From NCBI GenBank assembly GCA_050700495.1, contig JBOHHF010000044.1, positions 948 to 64,947 of the forward strand: DNA of 64,000 bases, read 5' to 3'. This document shows, piece by piece, positions 51,361 through 60,737 of the stretch (position 1 is the stretch's first letter; every line of letters begins with the position of its first letter). The notes under the pieces are model-generated. The model was not told where the DNA came from and did not search any database. It was given only the letters and a program-made list of their open reading frames with translations. The translations under genes and the position numbers were made by a program. The DNA is from Pseudonocardiaceae bacterium (lineage in GTDB: Bacteria > Actinomycetota > Actinomycetes > Mycobacteriales > Pseudonocardiaceae).

Positions 51361-52557
51361 ATGACTCGGTGGGTACGGGCGATCAGGCACGGCTGGGTGG
51401 TCAACGGCGGCGTACCCGGACCTGACGTCGACGAGTTCGCCGAGGCCACTGAGGTGGTGGCGGCGCTGGCCGGGCCCCGGCGTGGTGACACGCTGTTGGC
51501 CGTGCAGCATCCGCATCGCACGCCCGAGGCATTGGCTGAAGGGCTTTCGTTGGTGGCGGCGCTGCCAGCGGCACGGCAAGCCCTGGACCGGTTGCGGGTC
51601 AGCGCGTATCGCCAGGTGGACGACGTGGTGGCCCCCTATCGGGTGGACGGTCCGGACGGGGTCGCGGTCGGCGTACTGTGCCTGGTCGATTCGGCCGCCG
51701 TGGACATGCACGGCGTTTTCCGGGTAAGGCACAGCGAGCAGGTCTATCCGGAGGTGGTGGCCGAACGCGCCACGGTGCTCGCCGGGCTTGGCTGCGCGAC
51801 CAGCGCGGCGATGCTCGTGCCGGTCGTTGATGGTGACCAGTTGACCGCGGCTGTGCTGCGGAGCATCGAGTCACTGGGAGGGCCGGCGGTGTCGACCACC
51901 GATTCCGGCGGTCGGACCCACCAGTTGTGGTTGCTGGGTACCGGAGCGGGCCAGGATGCAGTGCTCGCCGCTACGGCTCGCAGTCCGCTACTGGTCGCTG
52001 ACGGCAATCACCGGGTAGCCGCCGCGGCCACCGGCGATGAGTCCAGCCTGCTCGCCTTGGTGACCGGTGGACCGGCGCTGCGCATCGGCGCGATCCATCG
52101 CGCACTGGTCGGCACCGGGCTGACCGCTGAGGATCTGGCCGCTGCCTGGCGTCGGAAGGGCGTGACGGTGCGCGAAGCCATGGATCCGGGTCCACCGGTC
52201 ATGGCTGGCACTGTGGTGGTGAGGGCATCCAGCGCCGCTCTGCTCGTCGAACTGCCCAGACCCGAGCCGGGCGAGCCGGTGCCCAGGCTTGATCATGGGC
52301 TAGTCGAACGGCTGCTCATCGCCGATGCGCTGGGCATCGACCCGGAAGGTCCGCAGGTACATGCCCTACCCGCTGGACATCCCGCGGGCGCGGGCGTCGA
52401 TGCCGTGCTGCAACTGGCCCCGGTGCCGTTCGCCGACGTGCTCGCGGTGCACGGGCAAGGCCGGCGGATGCCGCGCAAGAGCACCTATTTCACCCCGAAA
52501 CCGCGCAGCGGACTGCTGCTGGCCGACCTCACCGGCATCGCGCGGGCACCGGTGTGA
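51361..52557 (+). CDS. DUF1015 family protein
   Basis: LLVADGNHR and a C-terminal MPRKSTYFTPKPRSGLL segment are typical of DUF1015. ATG 51361 lies 9 nt after the prenyltransferase stop. Confidence 0.7.
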   Translation: MTRWVRAIRHGWVVNGGVPGPDVDEFAEATEVVAALAGPRRGDTLLAVQHPHRTPEALAEGLSLVAALPAARQALDRLRVSAYRQVDDVVAPYRVDGPDGVAVGVLCLVDSAAVDMHGVFRVRHSEQVYPEVVAERATVLAGLGCATSAAMLVPVVDGDQLTAAVLRSIESLGGPAVSTTDSGGRTHQLWLLGTGAGQDAVLAATARSPLLVADGNHRVAAAATGDESSLLALVTGGPALRIGAIHRALVGTGLTAEDLAAAWRRKGVTVREAMDPGPPVMAGTVVVRASSAALLVELPRPEPGEPVPRLDHGLVERLLIADALGIDPEGPQVHALPAGHPAGAGVDAVLQLAPVPFADVLAVHGQGRRMPRKSTYFTPKPRSGLLLADLTGIARAPV

Positions 52558-54208
52558 GGTCACGGCTGTCGATGATCTCGTCGCACCAGTGCCGGGCCAC
52601 GGCGAGATCGTGGGTGATGAGCAGGACCCCGAGGCCGGAACGCTCCTGCTCCTCCGCGACAGCTGCGAGCAGCGCGGCCTGGGTGGACACGTCGAGCATC
52701 GAGGTGGGCTCATCGCAGAGCAGGTAGCGGGGCCGCAGGATGAGGGAGCGAGCGAGGCAGGCGCGCTGAAGCTGGCCGTCGGACACCTCGTGCGGGGAGC
52801 GGCGCAGCAGATCGGGGGTGAGGCCCATCCGGGTCGCCCAACCGAGGGTGAGCTCCCACCGCTCGGCTGCGGTGGCGGGCAACTCCCGGTGGATCGCGAG
52901 CGGTTCGAGGATCGTCTACTGCAAGGTCAGGCGTGGGTCAGCGGCCTGGCGCGGTAATTGCCAGACCAGCTGGACACGCCGGCGCACCTGCTTCGGCACG
53001 GCGAGCTCGTGGCCGGTGACCGGGACGCCGTCGAGGACGACACGTCCGTGGTCCGGGGCCAGCAGCAGCGCGAGCACGGCTGTCAGGGTCGACTTGCCGC
53101 ACCCGCTCGGACCGACCAGTCCGAGGCGGGCACCAGGTGCCAGAGATAGAGTGGCGCCGTCGAGGACGGTGATCCGCCCGTCGGGACCATCGAAGACTTT
53201 GGTGACCCGCTCAGCGGTCAGCACGCCGGACGCACCGGACCTCCCCGTCGTCGATCGGATGCAGGGCAGGCAGGGCGTCGCGGCAGAGGTCGAGGGCCTC
53301 GGTGCAGCGCGGGCGAACGGGCAGCCCGGCGGCAGCGCGGTGAGCTCAGGGGTCAAGCCCGGGATCGGCACCCCGCCGCGCTCGATGAGCGCTCCCAGCA
53401 GGGCCCGGCCGTAGGGGTGGGTGGGCCGGGTGAAGAAGGCCGCCGTGGGCCGCGGCTCAACGAGGTGGCTGGCGTAGAGCAGGGCGAGCCGGCCGCCGAG
53501 CTGCTCCGCCAGCCGCAGATCGTGGGTGATCACGAGCAGCGCGGACCCGGCGGCGACCACGTCGAGGAGCTGCCCGGCCGTGGCGTCGGCGAAGTCGGCG
53601 TCGAGCCCGTGGGTCGGCTCGTCGGCGATCACGAGGTCCGGTGTGGACACCAGGGATCCCGCATTGACCACCCGCTGCTGCATCCCGCCGGAGAGCTGAT
53701 GGGCGTAGCGGCGGGCAACGGCGGCGAAGGATAGGCCGGTGCCGCGCAGCCGTGCGTCGAGTCGGGGTCGGGCGTCGTCGGCCGTGAGCTCGCGGCGGCC
53801 TGCCCACTCGAGGAGCTGGCCACCGAGCCGTTTGACGGGGTCGAGCGCGGTGCCGGCACTCTGCGGGATCAGCGCGATCCGCCGCCCGCGGACCGCACGC
53901 AGCCGCCGTTCGGGCAGCACGAGCAGGTCGGTCCCGTCGAGGAGAACTTGCCCGCCGACCTCGGCGTTGCGCGGCAGTAGCCGCAGGATCGCGTGCGTCA
54001 GTATGGTCTTGCCGCTGCCGCTCTCGCCGGCGAGCACGACGACCTCGCCGGCCTGGATCGCGAGGTCGACGCCGCCGAGAGCCTGCACCACGCCGTGCTC
54101 GGTGCGGAAGCGGACGGTCAGCGCCCGGAGGTCCACCAGCGGTGGGGCGGGTTCGGGCGCGGTGCTCTTGGCTACCGGCTCCTCGGCGACCGGCTCGCGG
54201 GGCTTCAT
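52529..54208 (-). pseudogene. fused two-domain ABC ATPase of a peptide/nickel-type importer (DppD-DppF-like), in-frame TAG plus a probable internal double frameshift
   Basis: First domain: GESGSGKT, LSGGMQQR, VIADEPTHGLD. Second domain: GPSGCGKST ...DPRLTLQ-TAG(52916-52918)-TILEPLAIHREL... SDGQLQR, LLCDEPTSMLD, all in the same frame. Around 53225-53320 the alternative frame reads the expected GCPFA.RCTEALDLCRDALPAL. Confidence 0.75.
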
Positions 54209-55105
54209 AGTTGCAGCTCCGATCGCCACCGCGGGTTGCGCCGGTCGCGCCACCACTCCCCGAGTGTGCCGACGGCCATCGACGCCAGCAGGATCACCAA
54301 ACCGGGGAACAGGCTGGCCCACCATCCGCCGGACAGCAGCGAGGCCTGGCTGTCGGCCAGCAGGTTGCCCAGCGACGCCGACTCCGGCGGCATGCCGAGG
54401 CCGAGGAAGGAATAATCGGCCTCGTGGAAATCGCATGCGGCACCAGCAGCACGAACCCGAGCGCAGTGGCCGGGAACACGTGCGGCAGGAAATGCCGCCG
54501 GGCCAGGCGCCGCCGCCCGGCACCGGCGTTGACCGACGCGGCCACGAACTTCTGCTCGCGAAGCGACAGCACCTCGCCTCGGACGATGCGGGTTACCGAC
54601 GTCCAGTGCGTCACGCCGACCGACAGGAAGATCGCGCCGGCGGGCCCGACCAGCGGCCGGGACAGCACCAGGATGAGGATGCCGAACAGGAAGTGGTTCT
54701 GCGAGGACAGCACGTCGATCAGCCGCATGGCCACCGCGTCGAGCCGGCGGCCGGCCGAGCCGGCGGCCAGGCCCACCAGCGCGCCGAGGGTCGCCGCGCA
54801 CAGCGCGGCCACGATGCTGATGCCAAACGAGGTCCGCATCGCGTGCAGCACCCGGGTGAACAGGTCCCGGCCGAGGCGTCGGTGCCCATAAGGTGAGCCG
54901 GTGACGGTGGCTGCAGGGCTTGGTCGAAGAAGACCGACCGGGTGTCCAGTGGCGTGATGAACAGGGCCGCTACCGACAGCAGCGCGAGGACGGCGATCAC
55001 CGCGACGGATACCGCGGCCGCACCGGGCAGCCGGCGCAGGCGCGGAAATGGCGAGAGCCGGCGGGGGCGCGCGGGCGGGGCAGGGGTCGTCGCCGGGGCG
55101 GTCAT
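54205..55105 (-). pseudogene. ABC importer permease (DppC/NikC-like), two frameshifts
   Basis: The text runs across three frames. First: N-terminal TM and HLMGTD. Second, from about 54875: RLGRDLFTRVLHAMRTSFGISIV.... Third, from about 54430: FHEADYSFLGLGMPPESASLGNLL...RSELQL. ATGA overlaps occur at both ends. Confidence 0.7.
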
Positions 55106-55509
55106 GCCCGCGCCTCCCGCACCCGCGGGTCGACGACCCGGTACAGCAGGTCAGCCACCAGGTTCCCGAGGACCACCAGCACGGCCCCGGCCAGGACGAT
55201 CGCCAGCAGCAGCGGCAGGTCCACGGCGACGGTGAGGCTGCCCAACCCCGGCCAGGCGAACACCGTCTCGATGAGCACCGAGCCGCCGATGAGCTCCGGG
55301 ACGTGCGTGCCGATCAGCGTCACGTACGGCACCAACGAGTTCGGCAGGGCGTGGCGGAACAACACCGACGTCTCGCTTGCCCCCTGCGCGCGGGCGAACC
55401 GCACGTGGTCCTCGCGCATCATTTCCAGCACCGTCGACCGAACGTAGAGGGTGAACACCCCGTGCTGGGTCAGCGCGAGCGTCACCGCCGGCAGCACGAG
55501 GTGCGCCAG
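55102..55509 (-). pseudogene. C-terminal half of an ABC importer permease (DppB/NikB-like), 5'-truncated
   Basis: HLVLPAVTLAL...YVRSTVLEMMREDHVRFARAQGASE...IETVFAWPGLG...VADLLYRVVDPRV is the EAA-loop half only. The N-terminal half is replaced by transposase sequence in the same ORF. Confidence 0.65.
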
Positions 55510-55734
55510 GTCGACGGTCGTACTCCCGTCCGAGCGAACGTGCAGGTCGCCCAGCAGCTCTTGGGTGCTGTTATGCCGCAGGTACATGCACGCGATTTCC
55601 ACTGCGCGATACAGTTCGCACGATTTCGGGCGGCTCACCTTCTTGTTCCACGGCCCGGGTAAGGAGTCCCGGACTCGGAGGACGAGCTCCTGAATCTGCG
55701 ACAGCGTCAGGCCTGTAGTACGATTGTACTGCAA
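55510..55734 (-). mobile_element. N-terminal HTH fragment of a DDE transposase (HTH_Tnp_4 / IS5-like type) fused in frame to the permease remnant
   Basis: TGLTLSQIQELVLRVRDSLPGPWNKK..RPKSCELYRAVEIACMYLRHNSTQELLGDL matches the conserved N-terminus of this transposase type. No DDE domain follows. Confidence 0.55.
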
Positions 55735-55801
55735 CGGTCTTTCCTTGCATAATATCGAGCGGCTCTGGAAACCCTCTTGATATCAGTGGGAAAGACCGTT
55801 G
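55732..55801. repeat. 13-bp perfect inverted repeat at the upstream edge of the transposase fragment
   Basis: CAACGGTCTTTCC (55732-55744) and GGAAAGACCGTTG (55789-55801), with a 44-bp A/T-rich spacer. Confidence 0.8.
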
Positions 55802-56143
55802 TCCCAGCGATATTCCGAGCCGTGATCAGACAGAAATTAGGCTGTTCCCGGAGTGTTCCACTCCTCACTCTGTGGCCGTCTGGGAGGCGCCCGCACCAGC
55901 TTCGTCAAGGTTTCCCAGAGAACAGAAGATATGCGGTGGTAGTCTTCTGTGGCATTTTGAACCATTTACCGGCGCTGGTCTCGATTATTCGGCATCCATC
56001 CACACTCACGATGGTCTTGCTCAGGTTCCCGGTCGCTCACCCGGGACGGCGGGATCCAGCCGGGCAGCTTGCCCTTATTCCCGTGTCACCGTCTGCTACG
56101 CTCAGCCTTCTCCGTCCAGTCGAGCGACTGAAGGGACGTCACG

Positions 56144-56515
56144 ATGTATGCCAACACTCCTGCCGAGTTGCTGTCGCTCTTGAACAAGAACATCAGGGCC
56201 GGAGACCTGGAGGCAATCGTCGCTTGCCATGAGCCCGAAGCGGTGTTGGTGCAGTTCGAGGGGGAGGCCAGAGGCCTGGAAGCTATCAGGGCGGTATATG
56301 TCCAATTTCTGGCGACGCAGCCGACGCTCACGGTCAACCCTATTATGATCGTGGAGGCGAGCGGTGCGGCGATCATACTGGGCGACTGGACCCTGGACCA
56401 GACCGGCCCGGATGGCAACCCTGTGCACACGAGCGGGAAATTCGGTGATATCGTGCGTCAGCAGTCGGACGGCACGTGGCTGTACCTCATCGATAACCCC
56501 TTTCGGCCCGACTGA
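56144..56515 (+). CDS. SnoaL-like / DUF4440 (NTF2-fold) protein
   Basis: 123 aa. The NKNIRAGDLEAIVACHEPEAV...DGTWLYLIDNP pattern is typical of NTF2-like small proteins. Confidence 0.55.
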   Translation: MYANTPAELLSLLNKNIRAGDLEAIVACHEPEAVLVQFEGEARGLEAIRAVYVQFLATQPTLTVNPIMIVEASGAAIILGDWTLDQTGPDGNPVHTSGKFGDIVRQQSDGTWLYLIDNPFRPD

Positions 56516-56519
56516 TCAC

Positions 56520-56790
56520 GTCGCTTCGGTGAGTCTCGCCCTCTCCCGTGCTCAGCAGACCGACGGCGATCAACACCGCGGCATCGGCCAGCACCCGACC
56601 CCGGTCATGCACCGGGCACGAAACCGGGCCGGGCCAGCGCCCGCGACAGCCCCGCGGTCAGGCCGCTGCGATCAGACGCAGCGCAGCCGATCCGGCGTGA
56701 TTGATTACGTCCCCACCGGCCACTTCAACACTCAGATCCTTCGACCATGCAGTATGCTCACCCACCCGAAAAGTGCTCCTTGATCCGTGC
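56520..56790 (-). mobile_element. decayed N-terminal fragment of an IS1380-like transposase
   Basis: The minus strand reads ...VINHAGSAALRLIAA / GLTAGLSRALARPGFVP / VHDRGRVLADAAVLIA across shifted frames. It resembles the conserved HDPGK-LLD-A-A-GGD region as I recall it. No intact ORF. Confidence 0.4.
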
Positions 56791-56915
56791 GGGAAACAGG
56801 CCTAGACACCCTCAGTTTCCCAGGTCAGGAGCACTTTTCTCTGCCCAGACACACCCCGATTGAAGATCGCGATGAATACTCAGGGCTAGCCCGACAACAT
56901 CTGAGGAGTTCCCCG

Positions 56916-58262
56916 ATGGAAGGACGCTTCCTAACTCCAGGCTCGATCATCACGCTGCCGCCCTGGGACCTTGCGGAGGGCAGAGCGCGTATTGCGGCAC
57001 GTCCACTACCTCTTCGCCGCGTACTCGGTGCGCGTGGTCCCGGGGGGTCCGAACGAGGACAAGCTCCGCAAGGTGCAGCAACTCCTCGCGCAGATCGCGC
57101 GCGAGGAGATGGGGCATCTGGCCACCGTTGAGAACCTGCTGCACCTGGTGGGTGGGCCGCTGAACTTCAACCGGGAGCACTCCCCTACGCCAGCGAGATC
57201 TACCCGTTCCGGTTCAAACTCCAGGGCATGAGCCTCGATTCCCTCGCCAAGTACGTGATCGCGGAGAGCCCGTTGAACCTGGAGGGCCTAGGCCTGCCGG
57301 CAGAAGACATAGAGCTGCTCAAGAAGATCCGAATCGATGCCACCCGCACCAACGACGGGCAGGAGGTCTGTCACGTCGGTCCCATCTTCGCGCGACTGGC
57401 GGAGCTGTTCGAGAATGAGCTCGCCGACGGTGACTTCCGGCTGGACACCTTCGGGCGGCAGGCCAAGTACGAGGATTGGGGCTTCCGGCCCAGGGCGCCT
57501 CGACCCACGGAGCTCGCCGAGGGGGAGACACTGATCGTCGACTCGTTCCCGGGTGGTGGCGTTACCGAGCTGCGGGATGCAGCGGTCAGGGCCGTGCGCG
57601 AGATCGGTGCGCAGGGTGAGGGCTTCGACGTCGATCCCACCGGTTTCGAGTCACATTTCGAACGGTTCTTCGCCATCTATAAGCGCGTGCGGGATCTGTC
57701 CTCCGCCGGAGCGGTGATTACCTGGCCGGTAGCGGAGAACCCGAACACGACCGTACCGCCGGCGCAGCCGCCCGGCATGGCGGACCTGGTGGAGATGGTG
57801 CAGGAGGCGCACGCCGGCAAGGGCCGCATCACTGCGTCGCGGGCGCGGGCGCAGCTGTTCAACCTCCGCTACCGGATGCTGCTGGGCCGCTTGTCCCACG
57901 TCCTGCGGCTGGACCAGGACCTCTTCATCACCGACCCCGGCGCCCACCAGGGCGACCGTACTGCCCGGGGGCTGCTGCTGATCTGGATCTCCGATGAGAT
58001 GCGGCGGCTCAGCAAGATTGCCACCAATCTCGTGCAACTCCCCAAGGACGACCCGCCCGGTGAGCTGAACGCCGGCCCACCCTTCGAGCTGCCCTACACC
58101 CTCAACCTGCCCGAAGACGAGCCGCAACGCTGGCGTACTCACCTGGACGCGTCCCGGGCCGCCGTCCGGCTCATCCGCGAGAAACTCCAGCCTGACGACC
58201 AGACGGCCGACCGCGATGAGTTCCTCGACGACCTGCTCAGGATGCGGAGGCTCAGGTCGTGA
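56916..58262 (+). pseudogene. ferritin-like domain protein (PF12902-type), two compensating frameshifts
   Basis: GAGGAG plus ATG 56916 (MEGRFLTPGSIITLPPWDL). The metal-binding core HYLFAAYSV...IAREEMGHLATVENLLHLVGGPLNF is in the +1 frame (about 56975-57185). After the C-run 57182-57185 the text returns to the first frame (YASEIYPFRFKLQGMSLDSLAKYV... to 58262). Confidence 0.65.
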
Positions 58263-58924
58263 TGCAGGCGCTCGCCGAGGGCCACGACATACCCGCGGGT
58301 AGCCTGCCCAGTGATTTCCAGAAGGTGGTCCGGATCCTCGACGAGGCGGTTCGCGGGTTTACCATCGGCCCACCCCACAGCAACTTCTGGGCCGGGAAAA
58401 CTCGCGACGCGTTCCTCGAAACTTCCCCTATTCCCGGTGGGCCGGTGGTGCTGCACAACCCCGACGGGGGTATCAACACCGATCCGGACACCTCACCTCT
58501 CGTGCGGCGACTGGAAAGCCCTCCCCGGACACGGATGCCTCGATTCCGCCCACCGGTCCCGCCCGAACGTATCGGGTTCATCCGTCAGTGGATCAGCGAT
58601 GGAGCCCCGGACAACGACCTACCCGGGCAGATCGGCCTCGTACGCGAGCGGGATCCCCGGCCGGAGCCGTCCACACCGCCGCCTCCACCCCCGCCGACGC
58701 TGGGCTTCGAAGCCGACATCAAGGGCCGGTTCCGGGAGAACCCCGATCGCGTCTCCATGCTTGTTTTCGGGAACTTCGACCTGCACCGCTACGAGGACGT
58801 CCGGGATCATGCGGACAACATCCTGGCCACGCTCATGGATGGCAGCATGCCCTGCGACGGCAGCTGGCCCCCAGACCGCATCGCGATCTTCCGTCGCTGG
58901 ATCGACGAGGAAAAACGACCCTAA
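58259..58924 (+). CDS. hypothetical protein with a duplicated MP...P..RI..(I/F)R.WI motif and a poly-Pro linker
   Basis: The start overlaps the ferritin-like stop (GTGATG). Two similar modules end in MPRFRPPVPPERIGFIRQWISDG and MPCDGSWPPDRIAIFRRWIDEE. Confidence 0.55.
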   Translation: MMQALAEGHDIPAGSLPSDFQKVVRILDEAVRGFTIGPPHSNFWAGKTRDAFLETSPIPGGPVVLHNPDGGINTDPDTSPLVRRLESPPRTRMPRFRPPVPPERIGFIRQWISDGAPDNDLPGQIGLVRERDPRPEPSTPPPPPPPTLGFEADIKGRFRENPDRVSMLVFGNFDLHRYEDVRDHADNILATLMDGSMPCDGSWPPDRIAIFRRWIDEEKRP

Positions 58925-59937
58925 CGTGAGGAACGTGGCGCCGCGATCAGGGCGGTCGTCTCCATGGGCAGCTCGGCGACCCGTTCGATGTCCAGGCCGG
59001 CCCGGTTCAGCATGACTGTGAACCTGTCAAGGGTGCGGTGCTGGCCACCGTTTGTCATCAGGAGGTGCAGATCCCACAGAGCGGGCAGCACGGTGGAGTC
59101 CTCGTCCACGACAAGACGATCGAGGATCAGCAGTCGCGACGAGGAGTCCACCATGCCCCGCCGGCAGTTCTCGAAGACCTCGACGACCGCATCATCGTCC
59201 CAGCCCGCCAGCACCCGGCAGAGAATGTAGACGTCCCCACCCGCCGGGACGGCTCTGAACATGTCACCCCCGACCAATTCGACGCGGTCTAGTCCGATCG
59301 TGGCGGCCAGGTGCTGACGCGCCGCGGGCATCATGTGTTCGCGGTCGAAGAGCGTGCCCCAGGCATCCGGTGTGGCGTCCAGGATCGCGGTGAGCAGGTG
59401 CCCACCTCCTCCACCTACGTCCACGACCATCTTGCCGCCGGAGAAGTCGAAGATCTCCGGTACCTGGTGGAAGAACATGTTTCCGGCGTTCATGGCGTGC
59501 TGGAATCGCTTGGCGGTGTCCTTGTCCTGACTGAGATAGGCGTAAAACGACTGGCCGTAGGCCACTTCGAAACCCGAGCTGGCCGTGCTGATGGCGTGGT
59601 GGGCGTGACCCCAGGCGGTATAGAACTCCTCGCCGTAGAGCAGGCACATGTCCCGCAGGGACTGAGGACCGTCGAGCAGTGCTGCGCTCACCGCGGTATT
59701 CCGGTAACCGGTCCGCTCGTTGCCCTCGAATACGCCCATGGCCACCAGAAGTCGCATCAGGCGGTGAATACCCTCTTCCTTCGACCCGGTCGATTCAGCG
59801 AGTTCGCCGCTGGTGGTCCGGCCGGCTTCGATATGGTCCGGCAGTCCGAGTCTGACCGCGGTGTAGAGGGCCTGCGCCCTCCACCCACCGGTGATCAGGT
59901 CGACCACATCCCGAGTCGCCTGCATGTCGACTGTCAT
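58921..59937 (-). CDS. class I SAM-dependent O-methyltransferase (dimerisation domain + Methyltransf_2)
   Basis: An N-terminal winged-helix dimerisation region, SAM motif VVDVGGGGGHLL, then GGDMF and DVYILCRVLAGWDD. ATG 59937 follows GGGAGG. Confidence 0.85.
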   Translation of the reverse strand: MTVDMQATRDVVDLITGGWRAQALYTAVRLGLPDHIEAGRTTSGELAESTGSKEEGIHRLMRLLVAMGVFEGNERTGYRNTAVSAALLDGPQSLRDMCLLYGEEFYTAWGHAHHAISTASSGFEVAYGQSFYAYLSQDKDTAKRFQHAMNAGNMFFHQVPEIFDFSGGKMVVDVGGGGGHLLTAILDATPDAWGTLFDREHMMPAARQHLAATIGLDRVELVGGDMFRAVPAGGDVYILCRVLAGWDDDAVVEVFENCRRGMVDSSSRLLILDRLVVDEDSTVLPALWDLHLLMTNGGQHRTLDRFTVMLNRAGLDIERVAELPMETTALIAAPRSSR

Positions 59938-60192
59938 CCCCGACCTCCCGATTACCTCGAATCGAACTGCGAAAAGAATCTCCTTCTCTGAGCGTACCGC
60001 CCGCCGGCTGGACATCCGAGCGAATTACGCCGTGCGGCACACGTGGAGCGTCCTCCCCGGCTCGGCGCGCATCGTCGAAGTACGGCCGGACCAGCGGCAA
60101 CAGCTTCGATCCTCGAAAAGCTGGTGAACCTCAGCTCCTCGACCGTTAAGCTCGAGATGAGGATCACATCATGGAATAGGGAGGGATTCGAG

Positions 60193-60684
60193 ATGGCTCA
60201 CGCCAATACACAGACCGGGGAACTCGGTACCGACGTCGACCTACGCCTCCGGAACCGTGCCGTCGTCGCGGATTACATGAGCCGGAAGGGCGAAAACCGC
60301 TTGACACGGTATCTACTCTTCACCGAGGACGGTAGCGCCGGCCTGTGGACCAGTGATACCGGCGAACCGATCGTCTCGCAGGGGCACGAGAAACTCAGGG
60401 CGCACGGCGAGTGGTCGTTGCGATGCTTCCCCGACTGGGAATGGAAGAACGTGGAGATATACGAGACACAAGATCCCAACAGGTTCTGGGTCGAGTGTGA
60501 CGGAGAGGGACAGATCCGGTATCCCGACTACCCTCCCGGCCACTACAAGAACCATTTCATCCACTCGTTCCTGCTCGAGAACGGCAAAATCAAGCAGAAC
60601 CGCGAGTTTATGAACCCGTTCCAGCAGTTGCGTGCATTGGGCATCGAGGTGCCGAAGATCAGGCGCGGCGGGATCCCCACGTAG
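60193..60684 (+). CDS. phzB: phenazine biosynthesis protein PhzA/PhzB family
   Basis: LRLRNRAVVADYM, LFTEDGSAGLWTSDTGEPIV, WSLRCFPDWEWKNVEIYETQDPNRFWVECDG and NREFMNPFQQLRALGIEVP closely follow the PhzA/B consensus. ATG 60193 follows GGGAGGG. Confidence 0.85.
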   Translation: MAHANTQTGELGTDVDLRLRNRAVVADYMSRKGENRLTRYLLFTEDGSAGLWTSDTGEPIVSQGHEKLRAHGEWSLRCFPDWEWKNVEIYETQDPNRFWVECDGEGQIRYPDYPPGHYKNHFIHSFLLENGKIKQNREFMNPFQQLRALGIEVPKIRRGGIPT

Positions 60685-60737
60685 GGGGATCCCTTCCGCT
60701 TCCCGCTGACCTGGGTGCGATCAGCTGGCCCGCTGTG

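Noticed and set aside
50041-52557. An 838-aa ORF that looks like one giant gene spanning the sufT end, the prenyltransferase and DUF1015.
   Set aside because: Only the last roughly 400 codons (from ATG 51361) read as a real protein (DUF1015). Over 50258-51349 a different frame carries the UbiA-type membrane protein, and the giant ORF there is Arg/Pro-rich noise.
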